From: an uncultured Gemmatimonadales bacterium
Lineage (GTDB): Bacteria; Gemmatimonadota; Gemmatimonadetes; Gemmatimonadales; GWC2-71-9
Reading direction: 5' to 3'
Assembly (NCBI GenBank): GCA_963739455.1
Contig: CAVUAK010000001.1
Span: 2,144,001 to 2,208,000 of the forward strand
Length of the DNA stretch: 64,000 nucleotides
The position numbers and the translations under genes are program-made. The stretch's first letter is position 1. The number at the start of each line of letters is the position of its first letter. Under the pieces are notes generated by a model that was not told the origin of the DNA, made no database searches, and saw only the letters and a list, made by a program, of their open reading frames with translations. This document shows, one piece after another, positions 28,002-38,608 of this stretch.

Positions 28002-30882
28002 CCATCTCTGAGGGGATCCGCGAGGATCCCTGCTTCTTTTTCTTGACCGGTGCCGGGTCCACCGAGCTCACGCGAGCGGCGTCGAGCGTTCCAGCGGCAG
28101 TGAGGGCGGTAGTAATGCTGGCGGCGCGATCTCGGCCGAGTTGTTCCAGCTCCCCCGCATCCAGCGGCTGCAGCGCCACCAGCTGCTCGCGCATTTCCCC
28201 GAAATACGCCGGACGGTCGAGACGCTTCTTGCCATCGGCGCCGGGCTTCGTGGTATCGGCCACGGTGAACCGGTCCTTGAGGCTGTCGAGCGCGGTCTTG
28301 GAGAACTGGCTGGTGTAGAGCTGCTCCAGGATGCGCGCCATCATGGTGGTACTCGTGTCCTGCTGTGCCTTCTTGCCCAGGCTGTCACGTCGCACTGAAA
28401 TCTGCGCCTGCAGCTTGGCCTCGCGGAGCCCGTTCGCATCGGAAATGGAGTCGTAGCGCCCCTCAATAGAGAGCGTGAGATCGGGCTTCCGTCCCATCTC
28501 CGCTGCGAGCGAGTCGAGCTTCTCCCGCTCCGGCGGAATGAGGTCGCTCCGGCCCGGATCAAAGTCGACCAGCTCGACGTCGTCGCCCCCTATGCCGAGC
28601 AGCTTGCCGAGGAAGCGAAACGGGGCGGTGGCGATCTTGCCGAGAATCTGCTTCATGGCGCGCCAGACAATCCCCTTGTAGCTGAACTGCGGGTCATCCA
28701 CGGTGCCCTCGACCGGGACGTCGAGCTTGATCTTGCCGTCCTTGTCCTTCATCAGGGAGATGGCAACCTTGACGAGGAAGCCCGGGGACTCGCCGCCTTC
28801 CACCTTGTCGCCGAGCGCCAGGTCGGTGGCGACGATGTGATGGTCGGCATTCAACTGGCGATTCCTGATGTGATAGTTGAGATCCATGTCCAGCCGGCCC
28901 CGCTTGATGGCGTAGCCGGCGAACTGCGCGCTGTATGGCGTCAGGCTCGGCATGTCCAGGTTGCGGATGTCGACCCGAAGGTCGGTTGCGGCGTACGGGT
29001 CAGATGCCTGCAGGGTGCCATTCACCCGCGCGATGCCGCTGGGCGCGATCCATCCTTCGAGCTCGATGGAGCCGGGAGCACCACCAAACGACGCGACGTC
29101 GCGAATGAACCCGTGCGTGGAGTCGATGTCGGCGCGGAACGGCAGGATGAGCGTCTCGTCCGAGAAGTCGATGAGGCCGTTCACGATCGAGACCTCGAGT
29201 ATCTCGTACGGCAGTGCCTTGTCGGGATCCGAGGCCGGCATCATCGACTGCAGCTTCATGAGGTTGATCGTCGAGTCGCGGCTGACGGCAATCCGGGCGA
29301 AGGGCCGTGTGAGCGCAATGGTCTTGATGCGGAGGAGGTCAGGCGCGGAGGTGTAGTGAATTCCGCCGACCTTCATCCCCACCCAGGTCAGCAGCGGCGC
29401 ACCGGAGGTGTCATTCAGCGCGAACTGGTCGACTGCTGCCTTTCCATCGAACGCGAGGCTGGGCTTGGCGTTCCGGAGCCTGAGCTTGCCCTGCGCCGAC
29501 GCGGTGCCGGACGTGATGGTGGCTGGAGGTGACACGCCGAGGTATGGCCGACTCACCTTGAGGTCGAGCCCGGTGGCGCTCACGTCGAGGTCGGCCGCGA
29601 ACGGCTCCTGCACCACGTTGCCGCTGGCCTTGAGCGCGCCGCGCTTCCCGATGTTCGCCGATGCCTGCACGGTCGTTGGTGCGGTGGGATCGGTGGAAAC
29701 GGGGGCGAGGCTCACGTTGATCTTCGCCAGGTCGATGGCGAGAGCCGGCTGCACCGTGCGATCGGCGAGTGCCACGGACCCGTTCACGATGGCGACGGTA
29801 TCGACGCGGAGTTTCCAGGGCAGGCTGTCAGCGGCACTCGATGCGCTGTCGCCCCGCATCCGCGCGAGGTAGGGGTCCCAGGAAATCGTGCCGTCCGCGA
29901 GGCGGGCAGCGGCAACCCACGGATCGGTGACGCGCACGATCTTCACCGTACCGGTGCGTGCCGGCCACTCGAGTTGTGCCCCCTGTACCTCCAGCAGTGG
30001 TGCCCGAAGCCACTCCTCCGTCATCCCCTGCGGAACCACGGCCAGGTCCTTCAGCGTCACGCTCGCATCCGGCACAATGACGTGGACACCCCCTGCCGGG
30101 GCGGCGTCCACGCGGTAGTGCACCTCGGCGTCGCCCAGGCCCTGCGACAGGTGCAGGGGAAGCTGGTGCCCAAACACCTCGGCGAGCTTGGCGAGGTGGA
30201 GGCCCAGCAAGGAAAACTGCCCCTCGAGCTTGAGCGGCTGGAATGAGTTGTGACCGGACCACTTGATCTGCGCGCCACTCGCAAACGACACAGTGAGTTC
30301 GTGTCCGCCTTCCTCGCGCGGCAGGGTGGACAGCTCCTTCACCGACAGGCCGAGGTCCTTGAACTGCTCGTCATACTCGGGCGTGCGCGAGCGGTCGGTG
30401 TAGCGCACCGAGCCCGCCTGAATCGCGAGATGGTGTACCGCGAGCCGTGGGGGTACCGACGCCGCTGTGTCCGGCGGAGCGACCACCGAGTCGCCCACCA
30501 GAAGGTCGGCTATCGCGAGTTGTCCGTCGGGCTCGATCCTGACTGCCATGGTGGGGCGTACCACGCGGAATTCGTCGAGGACCCAAGCCCGCTTGACGAT
30601 GCTCGAGAGTGCGGCGTTCACGACCAGGGTGTCGAAGGCGAGGAGTGAGGAGCCGTCGCGGTCGCGGAGGTCGAGCCCGATGAACCTCATCTCGAGCGTG
30701 AATGGATTGAAGCGCACACCCGCCAGTGTTGCCTGGCGATGCAGCAGCCTCGCCGCCTGGCGGATCAGGAGTTTCCGGGTGATCCAGGGAACGACGACAA
30801 AACCGATCAGTGTGTACAGGAGGAGCGCGCCCAGCGGCAGGAGAATGAGGGCGCGACGGCGCGACATGCCGGCAATTGACAT
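27985..30882 (-). CDS. DUF748 domain-containing envelope protein
   Basis: N-terminal TM, FNPFTL; repeated beta-rich units; SLMKDKDGKIKLDVPVEGTVDDPQF; OmpA-like tail. Confidence 0.85.
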   Translation of the reverse strand: MSIAGMSRRRALILLPLGALLLYTLIGFVVVPWITRKLLIRQAARLLHRQATLAGVRFNPFTLEMRFIGLDLRDRDGSSLLAFDTLVVNAALSSIVKRAWVLDEFRVVRPTMAVRIEPDGQLAIADLLVGDSVVAPPDTAASVPPRLAVHHLAIQAGSVRYTDRSRTPEYDEQFKDLGLSVKELSTLPREEGGHELTVSFASGAQIKWSGHNSFQPLKLEGQFSLLGLHLAKLAEVFGHQLPLHLSQGLGDAEVHYRVDAAPAGGVHVIVPDASVTLKDLAVVPQGMTEEWLRAPLLEVQGAQLEWPARTGTVKIVRVTDPWVAAARLADGTISWDPYLARMRGDSASSAADSLPWKLRVDTVAIVNGSVALADRTVQPALAIDLAKINVSLAPVSTDPTAPTTVQASANIGKRGALKASGNVVQEPFAADLDVSATGLDLKVSRPYLGVSPPATITSGTASAQGKLRLRNAKPSLAFDGKAAVDQFALNDTSGAPLLTWVGMKVGGIHYTSAPDLLRIKTIALTRPFARIAVSRDSTINLMKLQSMMPASDPDKALPYEILEVSIVNGLIDFSDETLILPFRADIDSTHGFIRDVASFGGAPGSIELEGWIAPSGIARVNGTLQASDPYAATDLRVDIRNLDMPSLTPYSAQFAGYAIKRGRLDMDLNYHIRNRQLNADHHIVATDLALGDKVEGGESPGFLVKVAISLMKDKDGKIKLDVPVEGTVDDPQFSYKGIVWRAMKQILGKIATAPFRFLGKLLGIGGDDVELVDFDPGRSDLIPPEREKLDSLAAEMGRKPDLTLSIEGRYDSISDANGLREAKLQAQISVRRDSLGKKAQQDTSTTMMARILEQLYTSQFSKTALDSLKDRFTVADTTKPGADGKKRLDRPAYFGEMREQLVALQPLDAGELEQLGRDRAASITTALTAAGTLDAARVSSVDPAPVKKKKQGSSRIPSEMVMDAK

Positions 30883-30946
30883 GATTGATGCTCGCGCTGG
30901 GCGCGAGCCGGCACAAGTCCCCTCGGTCGCACCCCCTACCTTGGTA

Positions 30947-32215
30947 TTACTGCGCTGTGCTCGCCGGAATCGGGGCTGCTCGCCGGAGCGCCGCGCCGTC
31001 GATCCACTCTCCGTGCAGCAGGACTCCCGCCGGTGTGCGGAGTATTTCCAGGTCGGTTGCCGGGTTTCCGTCCAGGAGGAGCAACTCCGCAGGTGCCCCG
31101 ATGGTGATGGTGCCGAGCTGTGGTACGCGCAGCAAACGTCCGGGCTCTACGGTCGCCAGCCGCAGTGCTTCCCAGTTGGAAAATCCCGACGCGACAAACT
31201 CCCTCAGTTCGTCCAGCATTGATGTGCCAGGCGCCGTGAGGTTGATGCCAGCGTCGGTGCCGGCCACGAGCAGCGCGCCATGCTCGCGCAGGGCTTTCGT
31301 GAACGCGCGCCGATTCTGCGCTACGCGCCGTTCGGCTTCGGGCCCCTGCCTCGAGGCGAGCAGCACATTGATCGCCATGGTGGGACAGTTCCAGGTCCCC
31401 GATGTCACGGTGGCATCGACCAGCGCGGCGAAGCGCGTCGTGTCGGCGTCGGCCCAGCCGAAGGTGCCTCCATTGCCACCCTGGCTCACGGCACGGTCGT
31501 ATCCGGTGTAGTGCTCGATCGATTCCATGCCCACTGCGAGTGCGTGCTGGATCGGTACCGCGGCAGGAACGTGGCCTGCATAGCGGAGATGGCGCCGACG
31601 AGCGGCGGCCACGATGGAATCGAATGATGCCGCAGAGAGGCGCCAGTAGATCTTGAGTGTGGTCCAGCCCGCAGCCTGCTGCACCGCAACGACACTGTCA
31701 GCGCGCGTCGGATCATTGACGAACTGGGTGAAGGGCCACGAGGCCGGCGATGCATCGAGCCCGGGCGACAGGGAGTAGATCGTTGGACCGGTGAGTCGAC
31801 CAGCCGCGATGTCTGATTGCATCCGGATGATGCCGTCGTGGCCCCACATGTTGCGCACGGTAAGGATGCCGCTCGCGAGATAGGCAGGCAGGTCAGCGGC
31901 GCGCAGGTGCACGTGGGCATCGATGAGCCCCGGCATGAGCGTCTTGCCACGTCCGTCGACGATTCGGGTTCCTGAAGGGAGCCGGGTGGAAGCCGCGGGA
32001 CCAATGGCCACCACGCGCCCATCGGCCGCGATGACGGTCTGGTGTTCCAGCAGGCCGGGTTGGTCCATGGTGAGTACGGAGACATCGGTTATTGCGGTGA
32101 CTGCAGATCGAGCTGGAGTGAGTACCAGCAACAGGGCGGCAGGCAGCAGGCGACAGGCAACAACCGGCAAGCGGCAAGCGGCAAGCAGCGCAGGAGGAAG
32201 AGGCATCGCTCCCAT
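30947..32215 (-). CDS. Secreted amidohydrolase family protein
   Basis: DGRGKTLMPGLIDAHVH, GH, SIEH, AGTDAG and LLLDGNP motifs. Confidence 0.9.
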   Translation of the reverse strand: MGAMPLPPALLAACRLPVVACRLLPAALLLVLTPARSAVTAITDVSVLTMDQPGLLEHQTVIAADGRVVAIGPAASTRLPSGTRIVDGRGKTLMPGLIDAHVHLRAADLPAYLASGILTVRNMWGHDGIIRMQSDIAAGRLTGPTIYSLSPGLDASPASWPFTQFVNDPTRADSVVAVQQAAGWTTLKIYWRLSAASFDSIVAAARRRHLRYAGHVPAAVPIQHALAVGMESIEHYTGYDRAVSQGGNGGTFGWADADTTRFAALVDATVTSGTWNCPTMAINVLLASRQGPEAERRVAQNRRAFTKALREHGALLVAGTDAGINLTAPGTSMLDELREFVASGFSNWEALRLATVEPGRLLRVPQLGTITIGAPAELLLLDGNPATDLEILRTPAGVLLHGEWIDGAALRRAAPIPASTAQ

Positions 32216-32286
32216 ACGGCCACCGAACCTGATTCGTTCCCGACTGCCTGCTGCTTGACCTCCTGTCGCCTGACTTCCTGCCGCCC
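32137..32286. repeat. Degenerate heptamer arrays (CGGCAAG/CGGCAGG) with a reverse-complement array downstream
   Basis: Seven units at 32137-32185; complementary units (CTGCTTG, CCTGTCG, CCTGCCG) at 32241-32286. Confidence 0.7.
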
Positions 32287-32333
32287 ACCAAGCCGTCTAT
32301 CTTCGCGCCCGTAACCTATCTCGCGAGAGTCCC

Positions 32334-33521
32334 GTGCCTGATGCCACCACGCCGGTCATCGTTGCCGCCTGCCGTACTCCGATTGGCAAGTATCTTGGCG
32401 GCCTGGAAGCACTTAAGGCCCCTCAGCTGGGTGCCATCGCCATCCGTGAGGCGGTCCGCCGCGCCGGCGTCGACACCGCGCTGATCGACGAGGTCATCAT
32501 GGGCCATGTTGTCCAGGGAGGTACGGGACAGGCGCCGGGCCGTCAGGCAGCCATCGGGGCGGGTGTTCCCGGCACGGTACCGGCCCTCACGATCAACAAG
32601 GTGTGCGGCTCGGGCCTCAAGGCGGTGATGCTCGCGGCCCAGTCGATCAAGGCCGGGGACAACGCGTGCGTGATCGCGGGCGGGCAGGAATCGATGTCGA
32701 CAGCGCCCCACTATGTGTATGGGATGCGAAGCGGTATCAAGGCCGGCAACCAGACGATGGTCGACGGGATGATCCACGACGGCTTATGGGACTCCTTCGG
32801 CAACAACCATATGGGCGAGTACGCCGAGTACACCGCGACCAAGGCGGGCATCAGCCGGAAGGACCAGGACGAGTTCGCCTTCCAGAGCCATCGCAAGGCG
32901 GTTGCGGCACAGGAAGCGGGGGCGTTCGACCGCGAAATCGTGACGGTTGAAATTCCAGGCCGAGGCGGCCCGACTTTGGTGAGCAAGGATGAGAGCCCGC
33001 GGAAGGACACGAGCCTCGAGGCGCTCGCCAAGCTCAAGCCGGCGTTCGTGAAGGAGGGCACAGTGACGGCCGGCAACGCACCGGGCCTGAACGATGGTGC
33101 CAGCGCACTCGTGGTGACGAGCCTGGCCTTCGCCAAGGCGCACGGGCTCACGCCGCTCGCGAGGATCACGGCGTACGCGACCGGCGGCGGTGAGCCAAAG
33201 GACCTGTTCTTCGCGCCGATCCTGGCGGTGCAGAACCTGATGAAGAAGGCCGGTACCACGATCGACGCCTACGACCTGATCGAGGCGAACGAGGCGTTCG
33301 CCGTGCAGGCGCTGGCCAACGGTCGCGCGCTCGGCTGGGACTGGAATCGAGTCAACGTCAGTGGTGGGGCGATTGCCCTGGGTCACCCGATCGGCGCGAG
33401 CGGCGCGCGCGTGCTGACAACCCTCCTCTATGGCATGCAGGCCCGGAAGGCGAAGACCGGCCTCGCGACACTCTGTCTCGGCGGCGGCAATGCCGTGGCG
33501 CTGAGCGTGGAGCTCTCTTGA
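32334..33521 (+). CDS. Acetyl-CoA C-acetyltransferase (thiolase)
   Basis: NKVCGSG, NEAFA, GHPIGASG and CLGGG catalytic motifs. Confidence 0.96.
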   Translation: MPDATTPVIVAACRTPIGKYLGGLEALKAPQLGAIAIREAVRRAGVDTALIDEVIMGHVVQGGTGQAPGRQAAIGAGVPGTVPALTINKVCGSGLKAVMLAAQSIKAGDNACVIAGGQESMSTAPHYVYGMRSGIKAGNQTMVDGMIHDGLWDSFGNNHMGEYAEYTATKAGISRKDQDEFAFQSHRKAVAAQEAGAFDREIVTVEIPGRGGPTLVSKDESPRKDTSLEALAKLKPAFVKEGTVTAGNAPGLNDGASALVVTSLAFAKAHGLTPLARITAYATGGGEPKDLFFAPILAVQNLMKKAGTTIDAYDLIEANEAFAVQALANGRALGWDWNRVNVSGGAIALGHPIGASGARVLTTLLYGMQARKAKTGLATLCLGGGNAVALSVELS

Positions 33522-34375
33522 TCGAGTGGCGCCCGAAACTCCGGGCGGTCGGCTGGGTCATCCTCTATCTCGGCGCCGGGCTGCTCCTGGTCGCGACGCC
33601 GTTCATGCTGTACCTCCGCTTCTCGGCGGCACCGAACCCGGCGGCGGTTGGCGGTGGCCCGACGGGACTGCTGCTCCAGAGCGTCGTGCTCGTGTCCGTA
33701 TTTGCGCTGCTCACATGGCTCATTGGTCACCGGATCCTCCGGCTGACGCCAGCCGAGCTCGGATGGGTGCCGACGGGACAAGCGCGTGGCTTCGCGTCGG
33801 GCCTGGGGGGTGCTGCCATCCTCGCACTCGGCTCGCTGCTCATTGCGGCTGGTGCCGGCGGCGCGCGGTGGCTGCCAGACACCGGCGGCGTCATCGACTA
33901 CCTGCGCAGCGTCGGGCTCACGTCGGCCGTGCTGGCACCGGCGGCCCTGGCGGAGGAACTGATCTTCCGGGGACTGCCACTGGTGCTGCTGGCGTCGGCG
34001 TTCGGCCGGGGCAGGGCCATCCTCATCATGGCTGTGGTCTTCGGCATCGCGCATGGCCTCAATCCGGAGGTCACCCCGCTCGCGATCGGTAACGTCGCGC
34101 TGGCAGGCGTGTTCCTCGGCCTGGCGTTCTTTGCACCGGGCGGGATCTGGACGGCGTGGGGCGCACATCTCGGATGGAATGCCATGCTTGCCGCGCTGGA
34201 CGCGCCGGTGAGTGGCCTCCCGTTCCGCATTCCCCTGATCAATTTCGACCCGGGCACGATCTCCTGGCTCACTGGCGGCAGCTTCGGGCCGGAGGGCGGG
34301 GTCGCCGCTACCATCGTGCTCTGCATCGGCTGTGTGGCGCTGGCGCGCTTCGTGAGAAAGGACGTGGCGGCATGA
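33518..34375 (+). CDS. CPBP (CAAX/Abi) intramembrane metalloprotease
   Basis: EELIFRG, FGIAH and H..WN motifs. Confidence 0.9.
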   Translation: MIEWRPKLRAVGWVILYLGAGLLLVATPFMLYLRFSAAPNPAAVGGGPTGLLLQSVVLVSVFALLTWLIGHRILRLTPAELGWVPTGQARGFASGLGGAAILALGSLLIAAGAGGARWLPDTGGVIDYLRSVGLTSAVLAPAALAEELIFRGLPLVLLASAFGRGRAILIMAVVFGIAHGLNPEVTPLAIGNVALAGVFLGLAFFAPGGIWTAWGAHLGWNAMLAALDAPVSGLPFRIPLINFDPGTISWLTGGSFGPEGGVAATIVLCIGCVALARFVRKDVAA

Positions 34376-35238
34376 AGCAGGCTGCAGTCGTGGGCGGCGG
34401 CACGATGGGCAATGGCATCGCGCATGTCTTCGCGCTGAACGGCTGGTCGGTGACGCTGATCGACGCGGCGCCTGCCGCGCTGGAGAAGGCGCTCAAGACC
34501 ATTCGCGCGAACCTGGAGCGTCAGGCGAAGAAGGGCACGATTCCGCCGGAGGCGGTGGAGCAGTCGCTCGCCCGTATTCGCACGGCGGGAGACGCACAGG
34601 CGGCCGCCGGTGCGGACATCGCGGTGGAAGCGGTGAGCGAGAACCCGCAGGTCAAGTTCGCCGTGTTCCAGGCGCTGGACCGGGCGCTCGGGCCCGATGC
34701 GATCCTCGCGTCCAACACCAGCTCGATCTCGATCACGGAACTGGCGGCGAAGACGGGGCGGGCCGACAAGGTGGTGGGGATGCACTTCATGAACCCCGTA
34801 CCGATGATGGAACTGGTCGAGGTGATCCGCGGCCACGCCACGAGTGACGCGACGACGACCGCGGTCATGGAACTGGCGCGCGCGCTGGGCAAGACGCCCG
34901 TGGAGGTGAACGACTACCCGGGGTTCGTGGCCAACCGGGTGCTGATGCCGATGATCAACGAGGCGATCTTCTGCGTCATGGAAGGCGTGGCGACCCCGGA
35001 AGCAATCGACACCGTCATGAAGCTGGGAATGGCGCACCCGATGGGTCCGCTTGCCCTGGCAGACTTCATCGGGCTCGACGTGTGCCTGGCCATTCTCGAG
35101 GTGCTGCATCGCGGGCTGGGCGACGACAAGTACCGCCCCTGTCCGCTGCTGAGGCGCATGGTGGCCGCGGGGGACCTGGGCAAGAAGAGTGGAAGAGGAT
35201 TCTATGGCTATCAGTCGGCAGTCGGCAGTCGGCAGTGA
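34372..35238 (+). CDS. hbd: 3-hydroxybutyryl-CoA dehydrogenase
   Basis: [25 protein letters not shown] and [14 protein letters not shown] motifs. Confidence 0.92.
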   Translation: MKQAAVVGGGTMGNGIAHVFALNGWSVTLIDAAPAALEKALKTIRANLERQAKKGTIPPEAVEQSLARIRTAGDAQAAAGADIAVEAVSENPQVKFAVFQALDRALGPDAILASNTSSISITELAAKTGRADKVVGMHFMNPVPMMELVEVIRGHATSDATTTAVMELARALGKTPVEVNDYPGFVANRVLMPMINEAIFCVMEGVATPEAIDTVMKLGMAHPMGPLALADFIGLDVCLAILEVLHRGLGDDKYRPCPLLRRMVAAGDLGKKSGRGFYGYQSAVGSRQ

Positions 35239-35306
35239 GTCGACAGCCGCGCCAGGTGACTGACGAGTGACCACTTTCTGACGACTCACGACTGACGACT
35301 GACGAC
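35212..35306. repeat. Inverted pair of heptamer arrays (CAGTCGG)n ... (CTGACGA)n
   Basis: Three CAGTCGG units at the hbd 3' end; CTGACGA/CTCACGA units just before the next ATG. Confidence 0.85.
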
Positions 35307-35312
35307 CAACAC

Positions 35313-36371
35313 ATGGCTTCCTTCGATCTTCTCAACGAGTTCGCCCACGAGCAACTCGTCATTTCCCAGGATCCCGGCGCGAACTACGTCGGGATCGTGG
35401 CCATCCACGACACGACGCTTGGGCCGGCGCTCGGCGGCACCCGGCTCTGGAACTACGACAAGCTCGAGGATGCACTGGTGGATGCGCTGCGCCTCGCGCG
35501 CGGCATGACCTACAAGTCGGCGGTGGCGGGACTACCACTGGGCGGCGGCAAGTCGGTCATCATCGGCGATCCCGCGAGGCGCGACCGTGAAGCCTGCTTC
35601 AGGGCGCATGGTCGGTACGTCGACACGCTGGGCGGTCGCTACATCACCGCGGCGGACGTCGGCACCAGTTCCTCCGACATGGAGATCATTCACCTGGAGA
35701 CCGAGCATGTGGCGGGTCTGCCGGGGCGTTCGGGCGACCCGTCGCCGGTGACGGGGTATGGCGTCTACATGGCAATGAAGGCGGCAGCGAAGGTGCGCTG
35801 GGGCAAGGACAGCCTCGCGGGCCGGCGGGTGGCGGTGCAGGGAGCGGGCAAGGTGGCGCAGCATCTCGCGCGCCACCTGCACGAGGAAGGGGCGAAGCTC
35901 CTCGTTGCCGACATCGACGATGCCAAGGTGCAGCGCTTCGTCACCGAGTTCGGCGCCGCAGCCGTTGCGCCGGACGCGATCTACGATGCGGCGGCGGAGA
36001 TCTACGCTCCCTGCGCGCTCGGAGCGACGCTCAACGACCAGACGATCCCGCGGCTGAAGGTCGAGATCGTGTGCGGTGGGGCCAACAACCAGCTGGCCGA
36101 GCCGCGGCATGCGGCGGCGGTGGAGAAGCGCGGCATCTTCTACGCACCAGATTACGTGGCCAACGGCGGTGGCGTCATCAACATCTGCCGGGAGATCGAG
36201 GGCTGGTCGGAAGAGCGGGCGCTGCAGAAGGCGGCCGAGATCTACGACACGGTGCAGCGCGTGGTGGAAGTGGCGCAGCGGGAGAAGCTCACGACCGCCG
36301 AGGCGGCCGACCGGCTGGCAGAGGAGCGGTTGAACGCCGTGAGGGCGCTGCGGGAGGTTCGCCGACGGTAG
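35313..36371 (+). CDS. Glu/Leu/Phe/Val dehydrogenase (leucine dehydrogenase-like)
   Basis: IHDTTLGPALGGTR, GMTYK, GGGKSV, GANNQL and PDYVANGGG motifs. Confidence 0.94.
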   Translation: MASFDLLNEFAHEQLVISQDPGANYVGIVAIHDTTLGPALGGTRLWNYDKLEDALVDALRLARGMTYKSAVAGLPLGGGKSVIIGDPARRDREACFRAHGRYVDTLGGRYITAADVGTSSSDMEIIHLETEHVAGLPGRSGDPSPVTGYGVYMAMKAAAKVRWGKDSLAGRRVAVQGAGKVAQHLARHLHEEGAKLLVADIDDAKVQRFVTEFGAAAVAPDAIYDAAAEIYAPCALGATLNDQTIPRLKVEIVCGGANNQLAEPRHAAAVEKRGIFYAPDYVANGGGVINICREIEGWSEERALQKAAEIYDTVQRVVEVAQREKLTTAEAADRLAEERLNAVRALREVRRR

Positions 36372-36432
36372 AAGGATGCAGGCACGGGCGGTAGTGCCTT
36401 TACGCTTCCTACCGCCTCCCATACATTGGTCC

Positions 36433-36885
36433 ATGGCCGAACGCATTCCGATAGGCTCGGACCATGCCGGGTTCGCGCTCAAGCAGGAACTGATCAGCGA
36501 ACTCCGCGCCGAGGGGTATGAACCCGACGACCTCGGGACATACTCCACCGAGTCCACCGACTATCCAGACTTTGCGCACGCAGTCGCTTCCCAGGTTGAG
36601 CACGGGGAAGTGACTCGCGGAATCCTGTTGTGCGGTACCGGGCTTGGCATGGCCTACGCGGCGAACCGGCATCCGGGTGTGCGCGCGGCGGTGGCCTGGT
36701 CGGCCGAAGTGGCGGAACTCGCCCGGTCGCACAATGACGCTAATGTTCTCGTGCTGCCGGCACGATTCGTCAACGAGCAAGAGGGAGTGTCCATTCTCCG
36801 CGCGTGGCTCAAGACTCCCTTCGAGGGAGGCCGTCACGCCCGGCGCGTCGCGAAGATCGAACAGGAGCCCAAGTCGAATGCTTGA
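36433..36885 (+). CDS. rpiB: Ribose-5-phosphate isomerase B
   Basis: GSDHAG, DYPDFA, CGTGLG, HNDAN and FEGGRH.RR motifs. Confidence 0.96.
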   Translation: MAERIPIGSDHAGFALKQELISELRAEGYEPDDLGTYSTESTDYPDFAHAVASQVEHGEVTRGILLCGTGLGMAYAANRHPGVRAAVAWSAEVAELARSHNDANVLVLPARFVNEQEGVSILRAWLKTPFEGGRHARRVAKIEQEPKSNA

Positions 36886-38158
36886 CCACAACGCCCCACT
36901 CCGTGACGCCGATCCCGTCGTCGCGCGCCTCATCGACAAGGAGCTGCGCCGGCAGCAGCACGGCCTCGAGCTCATCGCGAGCGAAAACTTCGCGAGCCGC
37001 GCAGTCATCGACGCCATGGGCACGCCACTCACCAACAAGTACGCCGAGGGGTACCCGGGGAAGCGGTACTACGGCGGTTGTGAGGTGGTGGACCAGGTCG
37101 AGCAGCTCGCCATCGACCGGCTGAAGCAGCTCTTCGGGGCGGCGCATGCCAACGTGCAGCCGCACTCCGGCGCCCAGGCGAACTTCGCGGCGTTCATGGT
37201 GCTCCTGCCGCCGGGCGGCAAGCTGATGGGCATGTCGCTGCCGCATGGCGGGCACCTGTCGCATGGCGCGGCGGTCAACCACAGCGGGCGTATCTGGCAG
37301 GCGGTGCACTACGGGGTCGATCCCTCCACGGGTCGCATCGACTACGACCAGCTCCGTGACCTGGCGCTGCGCGAGCGGCCCACGCTGCTCGTGGCTGGCG
37401 GCAGCGCCTACGCCCGTATCATCGACTTTGCCGCCTTCCGCTCCATTGCCGACGAGATCGGTGCCAAGTTCCTGGTGGACATGGCCCATTTCGCCGGGCT
37501 CGTCGCGTCGGGCCTGTATCCGTCGCCGGTGCCGCATGCGCACGTCGTCACCAGCACCACGCACAAGACGCTGCGCGGCCCGCGGGCCGGGCTCATCCTG
37601 TCGATCGCCGAGCTCGCCAAGGACATCGACAAGTCGGTATTCCCGGGTACACAGGGCGGTCCGCTCGAGCATGTCATCGCCGCCAAGGCAGTGGCGTTCG
37701 GCGAGGCGCTCACCGAGGACTTCCGCGACTATTCGCGACAGGTCATCGACAACGCGAAGGTGCTCGCCGATTCACTGGTGGAGCGCGGGTTTGCGATCGT
37801 CTCCGGTGGAACCGACACGCACCTCATGCTGGTGGATCTCCGTCCCAAGGGCCTGACCGGCAAGGAAGCGGAGAAGCTGCTGGGCAAGGCAGATATCACG
37901 GTGAACAAGAACACCATCCCCGATGATCCGCAGTCGCCGTTCGTCACCAGCGGCATTCGCCTCGGCACACCGGCGCTCACCACCCGCGGCATGGGCACCG
38001 CCGAAATGCGGCGCATCGCGGACCTCATCGACCAGGCGCTGACACAGCGGGACGATGACACCCTCGCCCGCATCGCCGGCGAAGTGCGTGAGATGACCAA
38101 GTCGTTCCCGCTGTACCCGCCGGTGGCGAGCCGCCACCGCGTGCTGCAGACGGCATAG
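36878..38158 (+). CDS. glyA: Serine hydroxymethyltransferase
   Basis: [21 protein letters not shown] and [10 protein letters not shown] motifs. Confidence 0.98.
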   Translation: MLDHNAPLRDADPVVARLIDKELRRQQHGLELIASENFASRAVIDAMGTPLTNKYAEGYPGKRYYGGCEVVDQVEQLAIDRLKQLFGAAHANVQPHSGAQANFAAFMVLLPPGGKLMGMSLPHGGHLSHGAAVNHSGRIWQAVHYGVDPSTGRIDYDQLRDLALRERPTLLVAGGSAYARIIDFAAFRSIADEIGAKFLVDMAHFAGLVASGLYPSPVPHAHVVTSTTHKTLRGPRAGLILSIAELAKDIDKSVFPGTQGGPLEHVIAAKAVAFGEALTEDFRDYSRQVIDNAKVLADSLVERGFAIVSGGTDTHLMLVDLRPKGLTGKEAEKLLGKADITVNKNTIPDDPQSPFVTSGIRLGTPALTTRGMGTAEMRRIADLIDQALTQRDDDTLARIAGEVREMTKSFPLYPPVASRHRVLQTA

Positions 38159-38170
38159 ACGGGCGACCCG

Positions 38171-38560
38171 ATGACCGAGCTGCAGTTCGCCGACGACATC
38201 CTCGCCCGGATCCGGGCGAAGGGTGGGGCCTTCGACGAGCGCGGCTACCTGTTTGTGCTGGCAAGCATCGAGTTCGTGCAGTCGCGCCTCGCGGTGCGGC
38301 GGCACATCAGCGGCCCCGAGCTCGCCTGGGCGTGCCGCGACCTGGCGCGGGAGCGCTTCGGGCTGCTGGCCCGCCCGGTCCTGGCGCACTGGGGCCTAAC
38401 CCGCACCGAGGACTTCGGCCGGATCGTCTATACCCTGGTCGAGATCGGCTTGCTGGTGACACTTCCCGGCGACAGCGAGGAGGACTTTCGCGACGTCTTC
38501 GAGTTCGAGTCGGCGTTCGATGAATCGTATGCGTGGGAGGGTGTGAAGACCAGGACGTGA
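38171..38560 (+). CDS. Minf_1886 / TIGR04138-like hypothetical protein
   Basis: Y.FV...RHISGPEL...A.ERFG.LA..VL..WG...TEDFG.IVY pattern. Confidence 0.8.
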   Translation: MTELQFADDILARIRAKGGAFDERGYLFVLASIEFVQSRLAVRRHISGPELAWACRDLARERFGLLARPVLAHWGLTRTEDFGRIVYTLVEIGLLVTLPGDSEEDFRDVFEFESAFDESYAWEGVKTRT

Positions 38561-38576
38561 GGACGTGAGGACGTGA
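38553..38576. repeat. Octamer tandem repeat (GGACGTGA)x3
   Basis: Three exact copies spanning the stop codon of 38171..38560. Confidence 0.9.
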
Positions 38577-38608
38577 AGTTCTCAGGCACGGCAGGATCGG
38601 AGGGACCC

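Noticed and set aside
33518..34375. CPBP/Abi protease as phage defence or bacteriocin immunity
   Set aside because: It is embedded in a thiolase-hbd metabolic gene run with no defence or RiPP genes nearby.
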